64,000 bases of DNA from Ignavibacteriales bacterium (GTDB lineage: Bacteria; Bacillota; Clostridia; Acetivibrionales; UBA4821), in NCBI GenBank assembly GCA_050260055.1, contig JBLNBO010000022.1, positions 207,365 to 271,364 of the forward strand. The letters are read 5' to 3'. The notes below the pieces were generated by a model, which saw only the letters and a program-made list of their open reading frames with translations, was not told where the DNA came from and did no database searches. Made by a program: the position numbers and the translations under genes. This document shows, piece after piece, positions 25,901-36,503 of this stretch. Within the stretch, counting starts at the first letter, position 1. Each line of letters begins with the position of its first letter.

Positions 25901-28249
25901 TTAATTTTTAATAGTCGGAATTATTGAATAACCTTTATTATATATTTCAATTGTTATACAGCCGCTTTTATCTGTTCTGAATACTTTAATATTATTCTGT
26001 TTCAACATTTGCAAAACTGAATCAGCCGGATGGCCAAAATTATTTCTTCCAACACTTATTACTGCTGAAGATGGTGAAACCTTTTTCAAGAAATTTTGCG
26101 TGGTAGAATAAGGGGAACCATGGTGGGCAATTTTCAAAATATCGGCATGTATATTTTTATCAGACTCAAGAATTTTGCTTTCAGCTTCAGATTGTATGTC
26201 GCCGGTTAGAAGAATGTCGATTTTGTTATAAACCAGCTTTAAAACTAAAGAATTGTTATTTAAAGGTGAATCCTGATATGAAACTGTTTGGTTAGAAGGG
26301 TGTATAACCAAAAATTCTGCATTTCCGAAATGTATATGGTCTCCTTGCTTAACCTCAATTATTTTAATATTTTTTTCATGACAGATTTTTAATAGGGTAT
26401 CTAAATCTTTATTTTTCTCATTCTGTAAGCCAATAACCAGACTTTTTATATTAATATTTTCTGCAGTTTTAATTAATCCTTGTATGTGGTCTCCATGTGG
26501 ATGGGAGAGAATTGCCATATCAAGAGTTCCTGATTGGTTATCAAGTAAAAAAGGAATTACAGTATCCTCAGGTTTAAAACTGCTGAAACTTCCCGGATAA
26601 GTTCCTCCTGCATCAATTAGGCAGGTTTGTCCTGTATTGCTTTTGATAAAGATACTGTCACCTTGTCCAATGTCCAGGAAAAAAACCTTAAATGGCTTGG
26701 GGAGCAGCATAAGCAATATACTTATTAAAGCTATTACAGCACAAATCTTAGGTATATAATTAAAATATTTATTAGTTTTATCCCGATTAGGAATATACCA
26801 TAAAAGAGAAAAGGATATTCCATAAAAAATTATTAAAAAAGCGGTACTGGGAGTTGGAACCAGAATAGATGCATAGGGGATTCCTGCAGAAATTTCAGCG
26901 CTCTTAAGAACAAAAGATAAGAGAATATAGTTTAGCCATGCAATAGCCTTTGCAATAAAAAGGTTAAATTGGCCTAACAGCACAGTGACAAATCCAATAA
27001 AGGTTATAAGGCCTGTTGCCGGAATGACCAAAACATTTATCAAGAGGGCAATAAGAGAAAGCTTATTGAAATACAATGCTATGATTGGACATACAGTAAT
27101 CTGTGCCGCTAAAGTTGCGCAGAGGGCTTGGTTAATATATTTAGGCAGAAAATGAAAAATCTCTGATAAGGTTTTATAATATAGAACAATTCCGATTGTG
27201 CCCGCAAAAGAGAGTTGAAATCCTATATCGTAAAAGGTGAGAGGATTATATAAAAGTACAATAAGGCAGGCAGTTGAAATACTTGTGTAAATATCGGTTT
27301 TCCGTGCAAATACTTCGGCTAGGAGAATCAGGAGTCCCATTATGGATGCCCGAACTACAGAAGGAGAACAGCCAGTTATAAACATAAAAATTAAGACGAC
27401 AAAAATAGTTATTATATTAGAAAAAGGTTTTTTGACTCCTATTAACCCTAGAATAAAAACACATGAAAAAATTATATATGCAATGTTTGCGCCAGAAACG
27501 CAGACAATATGGGTTAGGCCGCTGATGTTAAAATCATTCTTTATTGATTCCGGGAGCCCATTTCTATCTCCAATCAGCATTCCTTTCAAAAGACCAGCCT
27601 GATTTGGGGGCAAAGACTTATCTATTATAACCTCAATCCGTTTTTTAATAAACAGACTTGCTTTAATTATTGGGTTAGAATCTGTCTCCCCAGTATCAAT
27701 AATATTTCCTTGAAAACAGATGATTGAGGAGTATATGCCCTGCGAATTGAGATACTGTTTATAGTCAAACCCGCCTGGATTTCTTGCATGTGAGGGAAGT
27801 ACAACTTTTCCTTCTCCAACTATAATGCTTCCATAAGGTAAAATTGGGTTTTGGCTATCAGTTTGATACTGTGTTAAAAGGACTTTTGTCTTGTCTGTTT
27901 TTACGCAATTAATTTCTAAAAGTGTTATTACATAGTTGATCTTTTTATCTCTAATATCCGGTTCGGAGGAAATCTTAGCTCTGAATTCTATTTGTAAACC
28001 GCTTTGTTTTTCAAGATTGGATTTATTAAACTTGTTTATTGTATAAAAAGAGTAGATAGCGCCAAAAAGAATAGCAGCAGCGATGATAGAATACGATAGG
28101 TAATTAACTGATTTGCTTGTAGTGAAAACAAGGAACAAAAGTATGAGTGTAAGGGAAAGAGAGGCAAACAGCCAAATATTCATAAAAGGTCCAATTGTAA
28201 TTCCTAAGGTAAATGCAATAGTAAACACCATTAGCGGCCGAATATTCAT
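25901..28249 (-). CDS. comEC: DNA uptake channel ComEC/Rec2
   Basis: RNPGGFDY, GLTHIVCVSG, SVVRASIM, GFQLSF, DIGQGD, SHPHGDH, HHGS. Confidence 0.95.
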   Translation of the reverse strand: MNIRPLMVFTIAFTLGITIGPFMNIWLFASLSLTLILLFLVFTTSKSVNYLSYSIIAAAILFGAIYSFYTINKFNKSNLEKQSGLQIEFRAKISSEPDIRDKKINYVITLLEINCVKTDKTKVLLTQYQTDSQNPILPYGSIIVGEGKVVLPSHARNPGGFDYKQYLNSQGIYSSIICFQGNIIDTGETDSNPIIKASLFIKKRIEVIIDKSLPPNQAGLLKGMLIGDRNGLPESIKNDFNISGLTHIVCVSGANIAYIIFSCVFILGLIGVKKPFSNIITIFVVLIFMFITGCSPSVVRASIMGLLILLAEVFARKTDIYTSISTACLIVLLYNPLTFYDIGFQLSFAGTIGIVLYYKTLSEIFHFLPKYINQALCATLAAQITVCPIIALYFNKLSLIALLINVLVIPATGLITFIGFVTVLLGQFNLFIAKAIAWLNYILLSFVLKSAEISAGIPYASILVPTPSTAFLIIFYGISFSLLWYIPNRDKTNKYFNYIPKICAVIALISILLMLLPKPFKVFFLDIGQGDSIFIKSNTGQTCLIDAGGTYPGSFSSFKPEDTVIPFLLDNQSGTLDMAILSHPHGDHIQGLIKTAENINIKSLVIGLQNEKNKDLDTLLKICHEKNIKIIEVKQGDHIHFGNAEFLVIHPSNQTVSYQDSPLNNNSLVLKLVYNKIDILLTGDIQSEAESKILESDKNIHADILKIAHHGSPYSTTQNFLKKVSPSSAVISVGRNNFGHPADSVLQMLKQNNIKVFRTDKSGCITIEIYNKGYSIIPTIKN

Positions 28250-28319
28250 TATATCTCCAAAAAAATAGAAACATCGTATCCCGATGTTTCTATATCTCTA
28301 TATTTTATTCATTGAAATT

Positions 28320-29717
28320 TTATTTCATAAAGGTTCTTCCTGTTACATAAGCTTTTGAATAAAAATTTTCATTTAGACTGCTTATGGTAACCTTTCTCTT
28401 GCTTTTGCCGGAAGATGCATGAATGAATTTGCTATTTCCTATATATATTCCTGCGTGGGTTACTGGCTTTTTGGAATTATCAGTTTTGAAAAATACCAAA
28501 TCTCCAGGGCGCAGCTTGCTTTTTGAAACATATTTACCTTGTCTTGATTGAGCGGTTGCAGTTCTTTCAATATTGATTCCGAATTTCTTATATACATAGG
28601 AAGTGAAACCAGAACAATCAAATCCCCTAGGTGTGCTTCCACCGTAAACATACCTTGTTCCTAAAAATCCTCTTGAAAATAGGATTAACCTATTTCTTAA
28701 GCTGGTTGCTTTTCTATCAACTGCAACAAGTTTTGAAGAAGTGCTTCCTCCAGATACAGATACACAATCCTTTGAGATCCAACCGGTTGTATTACCACAT
28801 GAAATCTTATACCAATCGCCTGAATCAGCAATTATAGAAACCTTCTTTTTTGAGAGTTTTGTTATAATTTTTGCTGATTTTGAAGGTTTTGATCTTATAT
28901 TTACATTGGTTTTGTTAATTGTACCGCTTAAAGCTTCATCCGCTTCTTCAGCTTTCTTGTTACTTGCTGATGTAGTAGATGTTGATACAAAGTCAGAAGA
29001 AACCCAACCAGTTAAACCATCGTATGAAACCTTATACCAAGCTCCAGACTTGGAAAGTATTTTAACCTTCTTGTTGGAAATTTTGCCGACAATCTTAGCG
29101 GTTTTAGTTGGTTTGGACCTAAGATTAATATCTTTGCCTTTTATTAAACCACTTGTTGAACTACTGGCTGTATTAGTTTCTGATTGAAGTTGTCTGGAAG
29201 AGAGGGTGCTTTCAGTAATAAAGCTCTTTTTTACCCAACCTTCTTTACCATTTACCGAAATCTTATACCATTCTCCGGCTGAAGATATAATCTGTACTTT
29301 CTTATTTGATACTGTTGCAATTATCTTAGAATTTGTGTTGCTGCTGCTTCTAATATTTACATTACTCCCTTTAATTACTGCATATTTAACAGTAGAAGTA
29401 GTTTTCTTGGAAGCAGTTGGGTTTTGCTTTTTTTGTGCAGATGAAGCTGTTAGATAATCATTCTTAACCCATCCGGTAATTTTTCCAAATGATATTTTAG
29501 ACCAGTTTCCCTTTTTTTCAGTAACGATAACATTTGAATAAGACAACTTGGCAGTTATTTTTGCTGATGAGGATGGGGCTTCCCGTATGTTTACGCTTGT
29601 TCCATTAATACTGCTGTAATAACTTGCCGATACTTCAAAACCTGATGCACAAAATACAAGACCGAAAAATAATAAACTAACTAACTTAACAGCATTTTTT
29701 CTTATGCAGTACATCAT
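28320..29717 (-). CDS. Secreted SH3b(x4)-NlpC/P60 peptidoglycan endopeptidase
   Basis: Signal peptide; four N(I/L)R...W.K...GW SH3b repeats; FDCSG...PGDLVFF...HAGIY. Confidence 0.93.
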   Translation of the reverse strand: MMYCIRKNAVKLVSLLFFGLVFCASGFEVSASYYSSINGTSVNIREAPSSSAKITAKLSYSNVIVTEKKGNWSKISFGKITGWVKNDYLTASSAQKKQNPTASKKTTSTVKYAVIKGSNVNIRSSSNTNSKIIATVSNKKVQIISSAGEWYKISVNGKEGWVKKSFITESTLSSRQLQSETNTASSSTSGLIKGKDINLRSKPTKTAKIVGKISNKKVKILSKSGAWYKVSYDGLTGWVSSDFVSTSTTSASNKKAEEADEALSGTINKTNVNIRSKPSKSAKIITKLSKKKVSIIADSGDWYKISCGNTTGWISKDCVSVSGGSTSSKLVAVDRKATSLRNRLILFSRGFLGTRYVYGGSTPRGFDCSGFTSYVYKKFGINIERTATAQSRQGKYVSKSKLRPGDLVFFKTDNSKKPVTHAGIYIGNSKFIHASSGKSKRKVTISSLNENFYSKAYVTGRTFMK

Positions 29718-29730
29718 TACCTCCTATTTT

Positions 29731-29843
29731 TAGCTTCCGGAGTTAGCTGACGGATTCGGGAAAGTTGGTCTGTACCCTACCACAAACGTGGATTCACCCC
29801 AATAATGGTTCCCCCGTACCTTCGATAAGAAGGATTCAGCTTT
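29731..29843 (-). promoter_or_regulatory. c-di-AMP riboswitch (ydaO/yuaA class)
   Basis: Reverse complement GCTGAATCC...GGTACGGGGGAACC...GGGGTGAATCC...GGTAGGG...CCCGAATCCGTCAGCTAACTCCGGAAGC upstream of a cell-wall hydrolase. Confidence 0.93.
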
Positions 29844-30117
29844 TAGTGTGGACAAACCACCTTTATTACAATTTTATTACATATATATTACACTTGAATT
29901 ATAGTGTGAAAAAAATTGAATGTCAAATATTGATTAATGTAGGAAAATAGAATTATAAGGAGTTTTTTTAAGAAAACTCCCTCATTTTGTTGGTTAAGGC
30001 GTATATTGTACAAAAATGGATACCTACAGCCCATAAGTAAAGATTATCCATATAAGTTTTCAAAAATACAGTAATATTATATAATATTTTTAAGAATTTA
30101 TTAAAGGAAGAAAATAT

Positions 30118-31233
30118 ATGCGTATTGATTTTAGAAACTTGTTTATTAAACTGATAATTGGGTCTATATTAATTATTCTTGTTGTAAGTGTCGCAGACAA
30201 CATTCTAAGACAGCATGATTTATATATTAAGTCAAATCAAGGTAATAAAAACAATCAAATTCAAAATAGACATAATGATGTAAATATTAATAAGAAAGGA
30301 ATAACTATAAGCTTTGTTGGAGATATTTTGCTTGCTTCAAGAATAGGACGCAAAATTGATTCTGAAGGGGCAAATTATCCTTTTGAAAAGGTAAAAGACT
30401 ATCTCTCGTCAAGTGATTTAGCTGTAGGTAATCTTGAGTCATCAATTGCTGTTACAGGAACACCTGTGCAAGGAAAAGAATATACTTTCAGGGCCGATCC
30501 AAAAGTTATAGGGGGATTAAAATACTCAGGGCTTGATATACTTAGTCTCGCAAACAATCATGTTTTAGACTTCGGAAAAGAAGCATTGGTTGAAACATTG
30601 GGGCATATTGAAGATGGCGGGCTTAGTTACATTGGAGCAGGAGAAGATATTGATGAAGCTTTTAAACCTGTAATTGTTGAAATAAAAAAGAAAAAAATTG
30701 CAGTATTTGGGGCAAGCAGGGTTATACCCGCGGTTTCATGGTATGCAGGCGAAAATGCGCCTGGCGTTGCTGGAGTCTATAATCCGGATAGGCTTATTGA
30801 GGAGATAAAAACTGTAAAAAGCAATGTTGATTATATTATAGTATATATGCATTGGGGAACTGAAAAGGAAACAGTCAGCAACAAGATTCAAAGAAGCCTT
30901 GCAAGAAAAGTGATAGATAATGGTGCAGATGTTGTTGTTGGAACTCACCCGCATGTTCTTCAAGGATTTGAATTCTACAAAGGTAAAATTATTGCCTACA
31001 GCCTTGGAAATTTTATTTTTACCAACTATAATAATCCAACAATGATTTTAAATATTGTTCTTGACCAGAATGTACAATCTGCTGAAGTTGTTCCTTGCAT
31101 GATACGCAGCTTTACTCCAGAGCCAACATATGATGAAAATGAAAAGCAGGAAATCTTTCAGATGCTTGAAGACAGATCTGTAAATGCTAAGATAGTTGAT
31201 GGTAATGTATTTGAGTTTAATGCTGAGAATTGA
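30118..31233 (+). CDS. CapA/PGA_cap-family metallophosphoesterase, membrane-anchored
   Basis: VGDI, GNLE, LANNH..DFG, HWG.E, GTHPHVLQ, YSLGNF. Confidence 0.9.
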   Translation: MRIDFRNLFIKLIIGSILIILVVSVADNILRQHDLYIKSNQGNKNNQIQNRHNDVNINKKGITISFVGDILLASRIGRKIDSEGANYPFEKVKDYLSSSDLAVGNLESSIAVTGTPVQGKEYTFRADPKVIGGLKYSGLDILSLANNHVLDFGKEALVETLGHIEDGGLSYIGAGEDIDEAFKPVIVEIKKKKIAVFGASRVIPAVSWYAGENAPGVAGVYNPDRLIEEIKTVKSNVDYIIVYMHWGTEKETVSNKIQRSLARKVIDNGADVVVGTHPHVLQGFEFYKGKIIAYSLGNFIFTNYNNPTMILNIVLDQNVQSAEVVPCMIRSFTPEPTYDENEKQEIFQMLEDRSVNAKIVDGNVFEFNAEN

Positions 31234-31328
31234 CCGATAAGATTATTTTTGTTAACATTTAATTATCATTTCTGATTAATCAACTAAATTAAGCAATTAA
31301 AAATAATCAAGAGAAGAAGGTAGAAAGA

Positions 31329-32081
31329 ATGAACGAATTTGCATCTAATCCGGGTAAGAATCTGAATATTGAGGTAGATGGCCTTATGTATTCAAGAAAC
31401 CCAATTAAAACTCATGTGGTTATGTCATCAGACAAGATTGAAGAAGTTGTTGAAAAGTATGCAAAACCTTATTTACAAGAAGGGGATATGGTTTTTATAA
31501 GTGAAAAGATTGTTGCTATATCCCAGGGACGAGCATTCCCGATTAAAGATATAAAGCCTTCACCATTAGCAAAGTTTCTTGTGAAGTTTGTACATAAATC
31601 TCCTCATGGAATAGGTCTAGGCAGTCCATGGACCATGGAGCTTGCAATAAGAGATGCAGGTGCTTTAAAGATAATTTTTGCTGCTGGGATTTCTGCAATA
31701 ACAAAGCTTTTCGGTATAAGAGGAGTCTTTTATATGGTGTGCGGAAAAAGAATTGCAGCTATTGACGGGCCATGTGCATATACGCTTCCACCTTATAACG
31801 AGTATGCAAAATTAGGGCCTGAGAATCCTGATAAAGTAGCAAGAATGTTGAAAGATAAATTTGGCTGCGAATTTATAGTTATTGATGCTAATGATTTGGG
31901 TGTTGTAATCTTAGGTAAGTCAAGCAAGAGCATTTCGGACAAGTTTTGTAAAGCTATGTTTAGGGACAACCCTCTTGGTCAGACTAAAGAGCAGACTCCT
32001 ATTGCAATTATAAGGAAAGCAGAAACAGTAGAAAGTGGGCAAGCGCCAGTAGAAAGTGAAAACTTAACCGTGGTAGGTTAA
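31329..32081 (+). CDS. Coenzyme F420-0:gamma-glutamyl ligase (CofE)-like protein
   Basis: IKTH.V...D, ISEKIVAISQGR, IDANDLG, DNPLGQ..EQTPIAIIR. Confidence 0.75.
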   Translation: MNEFASNPGKNLNIEVDGLMYSRNPIKTHVVMSSDKIEEVVEKYAKPYLQEGDMVFISEKIVAISQGRAFPIKDIKPSPLAKFLVKFVHKSPHGIGLGSPWTMELAIRDAGALKIIFAAGISAITKLFGIRGVFYMVCGKRIAAIDGPCAYTLPPYNEYAKLGPENPDKVARMLKDKFGCEFIVIDANDLGVVILGKSSKSISDKFCKAMFRDNPLGQTKEQTPIAIIRKAETVESGQAPVESENLTVVG

Positions 32082-32133
32082 CGATAAATAAAAAAGGTTT
32101 TCGAAAAACGAAAACCTTTTTTAGATTTTTTAA

Positions 32134-32763
32134 CTATCCCTCATTCAAAAGCTTTTTCTCAACTTTCAGTATTCTTGAAATGAGAGCTTCATCTCTGACT
32201 ACTTCATATTGTCTTTTACCTGCGCCGTCAATTGTTATTATGCAGCAAAGATTGGCATCCTTTTTATATTCATTTCTGTCGGTTGGATGCATTATACAGC
32301 AAATTAAGTCATCAACTTGGAAATCCTTCATCCCAATAAAGAACTCGGGGTTTCCATCTTTATTTATCAACTCAACCTTTTCGGATTCTTTGTAAGCTTC
32401 AAAGCCGAGAGCTAGCTCATAGAATTGGTGAGACCACTGCAAAAACAATCTGGAGTAAGCGCCTTCAGAAGGATTTAGATGCTCATTCCAAGCATCTTCA
32501 ACAAGAAGGAGCTCCTTGTTTTTTAAGGTTGCAAATAGCTCGATATATTTTTCATCACCATTTTCGTAACTTACAAAAAGTATAATCGGTTTATCGCTTT
32601 CAGATGAAATATCAACCGGATCTACAACTACAAAGTTCTTTTCGCCGATAGAAGCCTTTGCTTTAATTAGATACTTTCTGTTTAGATACGATATAATTTG
32701 GTTGTTATCGAGTATTAATTCCATGAATACCTTTGGTTCGGCCATATTCCGCTTACGTGACAT
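32134..32763 (-). CDS. Hypothetical protein
   Basis: 209-aa ORF with aggagg RBS; convergent terminator at ~32090-32122. Confidence 0.65.
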   Translation of the reverse strand: MSRKRNMAEPKVFMELILDNNQIISYLNRKYLIKAKASIGEKNFVVVDPVDISSESDKPIILFVSYENGDEKYIELFATLKNKELLLVEDAWNEHLNPSEGAYSRLFLQWSHQFYELALGFEAYKESEKVELINKDGNPEFFIGMKDFQVDDLICCIMHPTDRNEYKKDANLCCIITIDGAGKRQYEVVRDEALISRILKVEKKLLNEG

Positions 32764-33002
32764 CCTATAACCTCCTTTTTAACTTCTTTTTTATTCTTCA
32801 AAGTGTTTTAGACTCCTTATCAAATATTTTGATGAGGACCGATTATAATATACTAATTGTATAAATATGGAATATAAAAATATTATCATAACTAATTTAT
32901 TAAAGCAATTAATAAAGCATTTTAGAAATTTAGTATAAATGTTCTGCAAATTATTGACGGTTAAATTAATATAAAGTATAATTCAACATAATTAAATAAT
33001 TA

Positions 33003-33226
33003 AAAGCTATGAAAGGGAAGAGTAAGCTTGTGCAAAAGCCTAAAGAGAGCCGGGACAGGTGAAAGCCGGCGGCAGAGCGAAGAAGAAAATCACCCTGGAG
33101 CTGCTAACTGAAATGAGTAGGTCTAGACGTTAATCGCGTTAAGATTAATCAAGTGAGCAAAGTTTCTTTGCTAATTTGGGTGGTACCGCGCTTAACCTGC
33201 GTCCCTATTTGGGACACAGGTTTTTT
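33003..33226 (+). promoter_or_regulatory. T-box riboswitch (Ile specifier AUC)
   Basis: AGAGA and GGTGAAA stem-I motifs, GAAAATC specifier loop, T-box GGGTGGTACCGCG, terminator aacctgcgtccc-tattt-gggacacaggtttttt; TTGACG/TATAAT promoter upstream. Confidence 0.93.
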
Positions 33227-33235
33227 GTTATCCAT

Positions 33236-33359
33236 TGAAAACGGTGATAAGCGTCGCATAACTGTGTCAGTCTTCACCAGTAAAATGCTCACATATTAAA
33301 TATATGCTCCGCTTTTACTGGCTTGACTTCCTTGTTTTGCTCGCTTCTGACCATTTTCA
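33236..33359 (+). repeat. Palindromic ~120-nt repeat family, copy 1
   Basis: TGA...gtgataagc...tgctcacatat..atatgctccgc...gcttctga...TCA long hairpin. Confidence 0.8.
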
Positions 33360-33460
33360 TTAAATGGAATGATAATTTTCGTGCTGATATGTAAATAAGC
33401 TTCGGAGTCTCTATGACTAGTTTTGAAAAAACTCGGAAAAGTTTTTTCTTGTACCATTAA

Positions 33461-33522
33461 AGCCGCCACGGCAATTGAGTGGCGACTTTTCCGCCGATTT
33501 TGGTCGGTCAAAAGCGGCATAA
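33461..33522 (+). repeat. Palindromic module shared with the MITE-like element (14192-14247)
   Basis: agccgccacggcaattgagtggcgacttttccgccgattttggtcggtcaaaagcgg vs agccaccacggcgagtggcgacttttccgccggttttggtcgttcaaaagcgg. Confidence 0.8.
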
Positions 33523-33595
33523 AAGAAAAGCTTCAAAGACACTATAAATACTATCCAGATATTTAATTTAAATAGAAAAAGAGAGGAAGAAAACT

Positions 33596-36361
33596 ATGGA
33601 CTACAGCAACACTTTAAATCTACCAAAAACCGATTTCCCAATGAGGGCGAATCTGCCGGAGAGAGAGCCGGAGATATTAAAACAATGGCAAGAAAAAGAT
33701 ATTTATAAAATGCAGATGGAAAAGAATAAGGACAAACCAACCTACATTCTGCATGATGGGCCTCCTTATGCAAATGGAGATATCCACATCGGGCATGCAT
33801 TAAACAAAATTCTTAAAGATATCGTTATTAAATACAAAGCACTCCGCGGATTCCGTACACCGTATGTTCCAGGATGGGACACTCATGGGCTTCCGACTGA
33901 ATTGAGAGCTATTAAAATGTTGAATATAAACAGGCAGGAAATAAGCCCGGTTGAGCTTAGACGGTTATGCAGGGATTTTGCGCTGGGGTTTGTTGATAAG
34001 CAAAGAGAACAGTTTAAGAGACTTGGAATTGTTGGAGATTGGGATCATCCCTATATTACTCTTGACCCGAAATTTGAAGCTAAGCAGATTGAAGTTTTCG
34101 GCGAAATGGCTAAAAAAGGTTATATTTATAAAGGCTTAAGGCCTGTTTATTGGTGCGCTGACTGTGAAACTGCTTTGGCTGAAGCTGAAATTGAATACGC
34201 AGAAGACAAGAATAAATCTATATTTGTTAAATTTGAAGTCAAAAACGATAAGGGACTTTTTGCAGGAATCAAAGAAAAAATATATTTCGTAATCTGGACC
34301 ACAACCACCTGGACTTTGCCAGGAAACATGGCTGTTTGCCTTAATGCAGACTTTAACTATGCATTGATAAAAATAGATAATGAAGTATATGTTATGGCTG
34401 AAGACCTTGTTGAAAGTGTGATGAAGCAGGCAGGGATTTCCTCCTATGAAATAGTAAAGAAAATTAAGGGAAACCAACTAGAAGGCATTATTTGCAAACA
34501 TCCATTTTTCGATAGAGATTCGGTAGTTATAAATGGAGATCACGTTACTCTTGAAGCCGGCACCGGATGTGTTCACACTGCACCCGGACATGGGCAGGAA
34601 GACTTCCAGGTTTGTCAGAAATACAATATTGAAGTTGTTGTGCCTGTTGATGATAAGGGTTGTATGAATGAATTGGCAGGGCAATTCAAAGGATTATTTT
34701 ATAAAAAAGCAAATAAGGCTATTTATGAAGAGTTAAAATCAAGTGGACACCTTTTTGCTGAAGCAGAAGTAACCCACCAATATCCGCATTGTTGGAGGTG
34801 TAAAGAGCCAATACTATTCAGGGCAACTAAACAGTGGTTTGCTTCAGTTGATGGTTTCAGGGAGGAAGCCCTAAAAGCAATAAAAAGTGTTAAATGGGTT
34901 CCGGAATGGGGCGAAGAAAGAATAACCAGCATGGTTAGAGACAGAAACGATTGGTGTATATCCAGACAGAGATACTGGGGTGTGCCGATTCCGATATTCT
35001 ACTGCAAGGACTGTGATGAAGTTCTTGTAAATGATACAACTATTAATGCTGTAAAAGAGCTTTTTGCTGAAAAAGGCTCGGATGCATGGTATCAGATGGA
35101 AGCAAAAGATATTCTTCCTGCAGGAACAAAATGTAAATGCGGGTGCACTAACTTCACAAAAGAAAAAGACATAATGGATGTTTGGTTCGATTCTGGTTCT
35201 ACACATGAAACCGTTTTGGAAACAAGACCGGACTTGAGTTGGCCTGCAGATATGTATCTTGAAGGGAGCGATCAGCATAGAGGCTGGTTCCAATCGTCGC
35301 TTCTTACAGCTGTTGCAACAAGAGGCTTAGCACCTTATAAGACAGTATTGACACATGGATATACTGTTGATGGCGAAGGGAAAAAGATGTCAAAATCGCT
35401 GGGAAATGGAATTGACCCGCTGGAAATTATAAAAGAATTTGGAGCAGATGTATTGAGACTTTGGGTTGCATCTGCTGATTATCAAAACGATGTAAGGGTT
35501 TCAAAAGAAATCATCAAACAGATGTCCGAAGTTTATAGAAAAATCAGAAATACAGCGAGATTTATACTTGGAAATATCTCTGATTTTGAGCCTGATGCTC
35601 ACGGTGTGCAGTATTCAGAGCTTCAGGAAATAGACAAATGGGCGCTTATGAAGCTTATGAAGCTTATCAACAGAGTTACCCAAGCCTTTGAAGATTATGA
35701 GTATCATGTAGTATATCATTCTATTCATAATTTCTGTGTTGTTGATATGAGCAACTTTTATCTTGATATTATAAAAGATAGGCTTTACACCTCAAAAGCT
35801 GATTCTGTAGAAAGAAGATCAGCTCAGACGGCTATGTATGAAATTCTCGATGCACTGGTAAGAATGCTTACGCCTATGCTTGCGTTCACAACCGAAGAAA
35901 TCTGGCAGTATATGCCTCATAGAAAATCACATGATAAGGAAAGCATATTGCTGAACGAGTGGCCGACAGTTAATGAAAAATATATTGATGAAAAGCTCGA
36001 AGAAAAATGGAACAAAATCCTTGATATTAGAAGCGATGTATCAAAAGCATTAGAAGTAGCTAGAACTGAGAAAGTTATCGGACATTCATTGAATGCAAAG
36101 GTTACATTATATGCTGACGAAAAGAACCTTGCTTTCTTAAGCGGAATAAAAGATGATTTGGTAACAATCTTCATTGTTTCGGCTGTTGAACTTGCAAAGG
36201 GTTCAGCAGGGTTGGCTAAAGGCGAATTGACAGGGCTTGAAATCAAGGTTGAAAGTGCCCATGGAGATAAGTGCGAAAGATGCTGGATGTACAGCGAGTC
36301 AGTAGGAAAAGATGCGGAGCATCCGACATTATGTGGACGCTGCAGCAGTGTAGTTAAATAG
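33596..36361 (+). CDS. ileS: Isoleucine--tRNA ligase (type 1)
   Basis: HDGPPYANG.IHIGH, WCISRQR, KMSKS, C-terminal Zn finger CERCW..CGRC. Confidence 0.98.
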   Translation: MDYSNTLNLPKTDFPMRANLPEREPEILKQWQEKDIYKMQMEKNKDKPTYILHDGPPYANGDIHIGHALNKILKDIVIKYKALRGFRTPYVPGWDTHGLPTELRAIKMLNINRQEISPVELRRLCRDFALGFVDKQREQFKRLGIVGDWDHPYITLDPKFEAKQIEVFGEMAKKGYIYKGLRPVYWCADCETALAEAEIEYAEDKNKSIFVKFEVKNDKGLFAGIKEKIYFVIWTTTTWTLPGNMAVCLNADFNYALIKIDNEVYVMAEDLVESVMKQAGISSYEIVKKIKGNQLEGIICKHPFFDRDSVVINGDHVTLEAGTGCVHTAPGHGQEDFQVCQKYNIEVVVPVDDKGCMNELAGQFKGLFYKKANKAIYEELKSSGHLFAEAEVTHQYPHCWRCKEPILFRATKQWFASVDGFREEALKAIKSVKWVPEWGEERITSMVRDRNDWCISRQRYWGVPIPIFYCKDCDEVLVNDTTINAVKELFAEKGSDAWYQMEAKDILPAGTKCKCGCTNFTKEKDIMDVWFDSGSTHETVLETRPDLSWPADMYLEGSDQHRGWFQSSLLTAVATRGLAPYKTVLTHGYTVDGEGKKMSKSLGNGIDPLEIIKEFGADVLRLWVASADYQNDVRVSKEIIKQMSEVYRKIRNTARFILGNISDFEPDAHGVQYSELQEIDKWALMKLMKLINRVTQAFEDYEYHVVYHSIHNFCVVDMSNFYLDIIKDRLYTSKADSVERRSAQTAMYEILDALVRMLTPMLAFTTEEIWQYMPHRKSHDKESILLNEWPTVNEKYIDEKLEEKWNKILDIRSDVSKALEVARTEKVIGHSLNAKVTLYADEKNLAFLSGIKDDLVTIFIVSAVELAKGSAGLAKGELTGLEIKVESAHGDKCERCWMYSESVGKDAEHPTLCGRCSSVVK

Positions 36362-36503
36362 GTTGCAAAAAGTGACGAAATAAGCTCAGAGGAGATTACT
36401 CTAAATAAATAAAGATTACCAGTAGATATTTACTGGTAATTTTTCTTTATTTAGAGTAACTTTTAAAGTATAATATCACTATCAAAACTTAAGGAGTAAT
36501 TTT

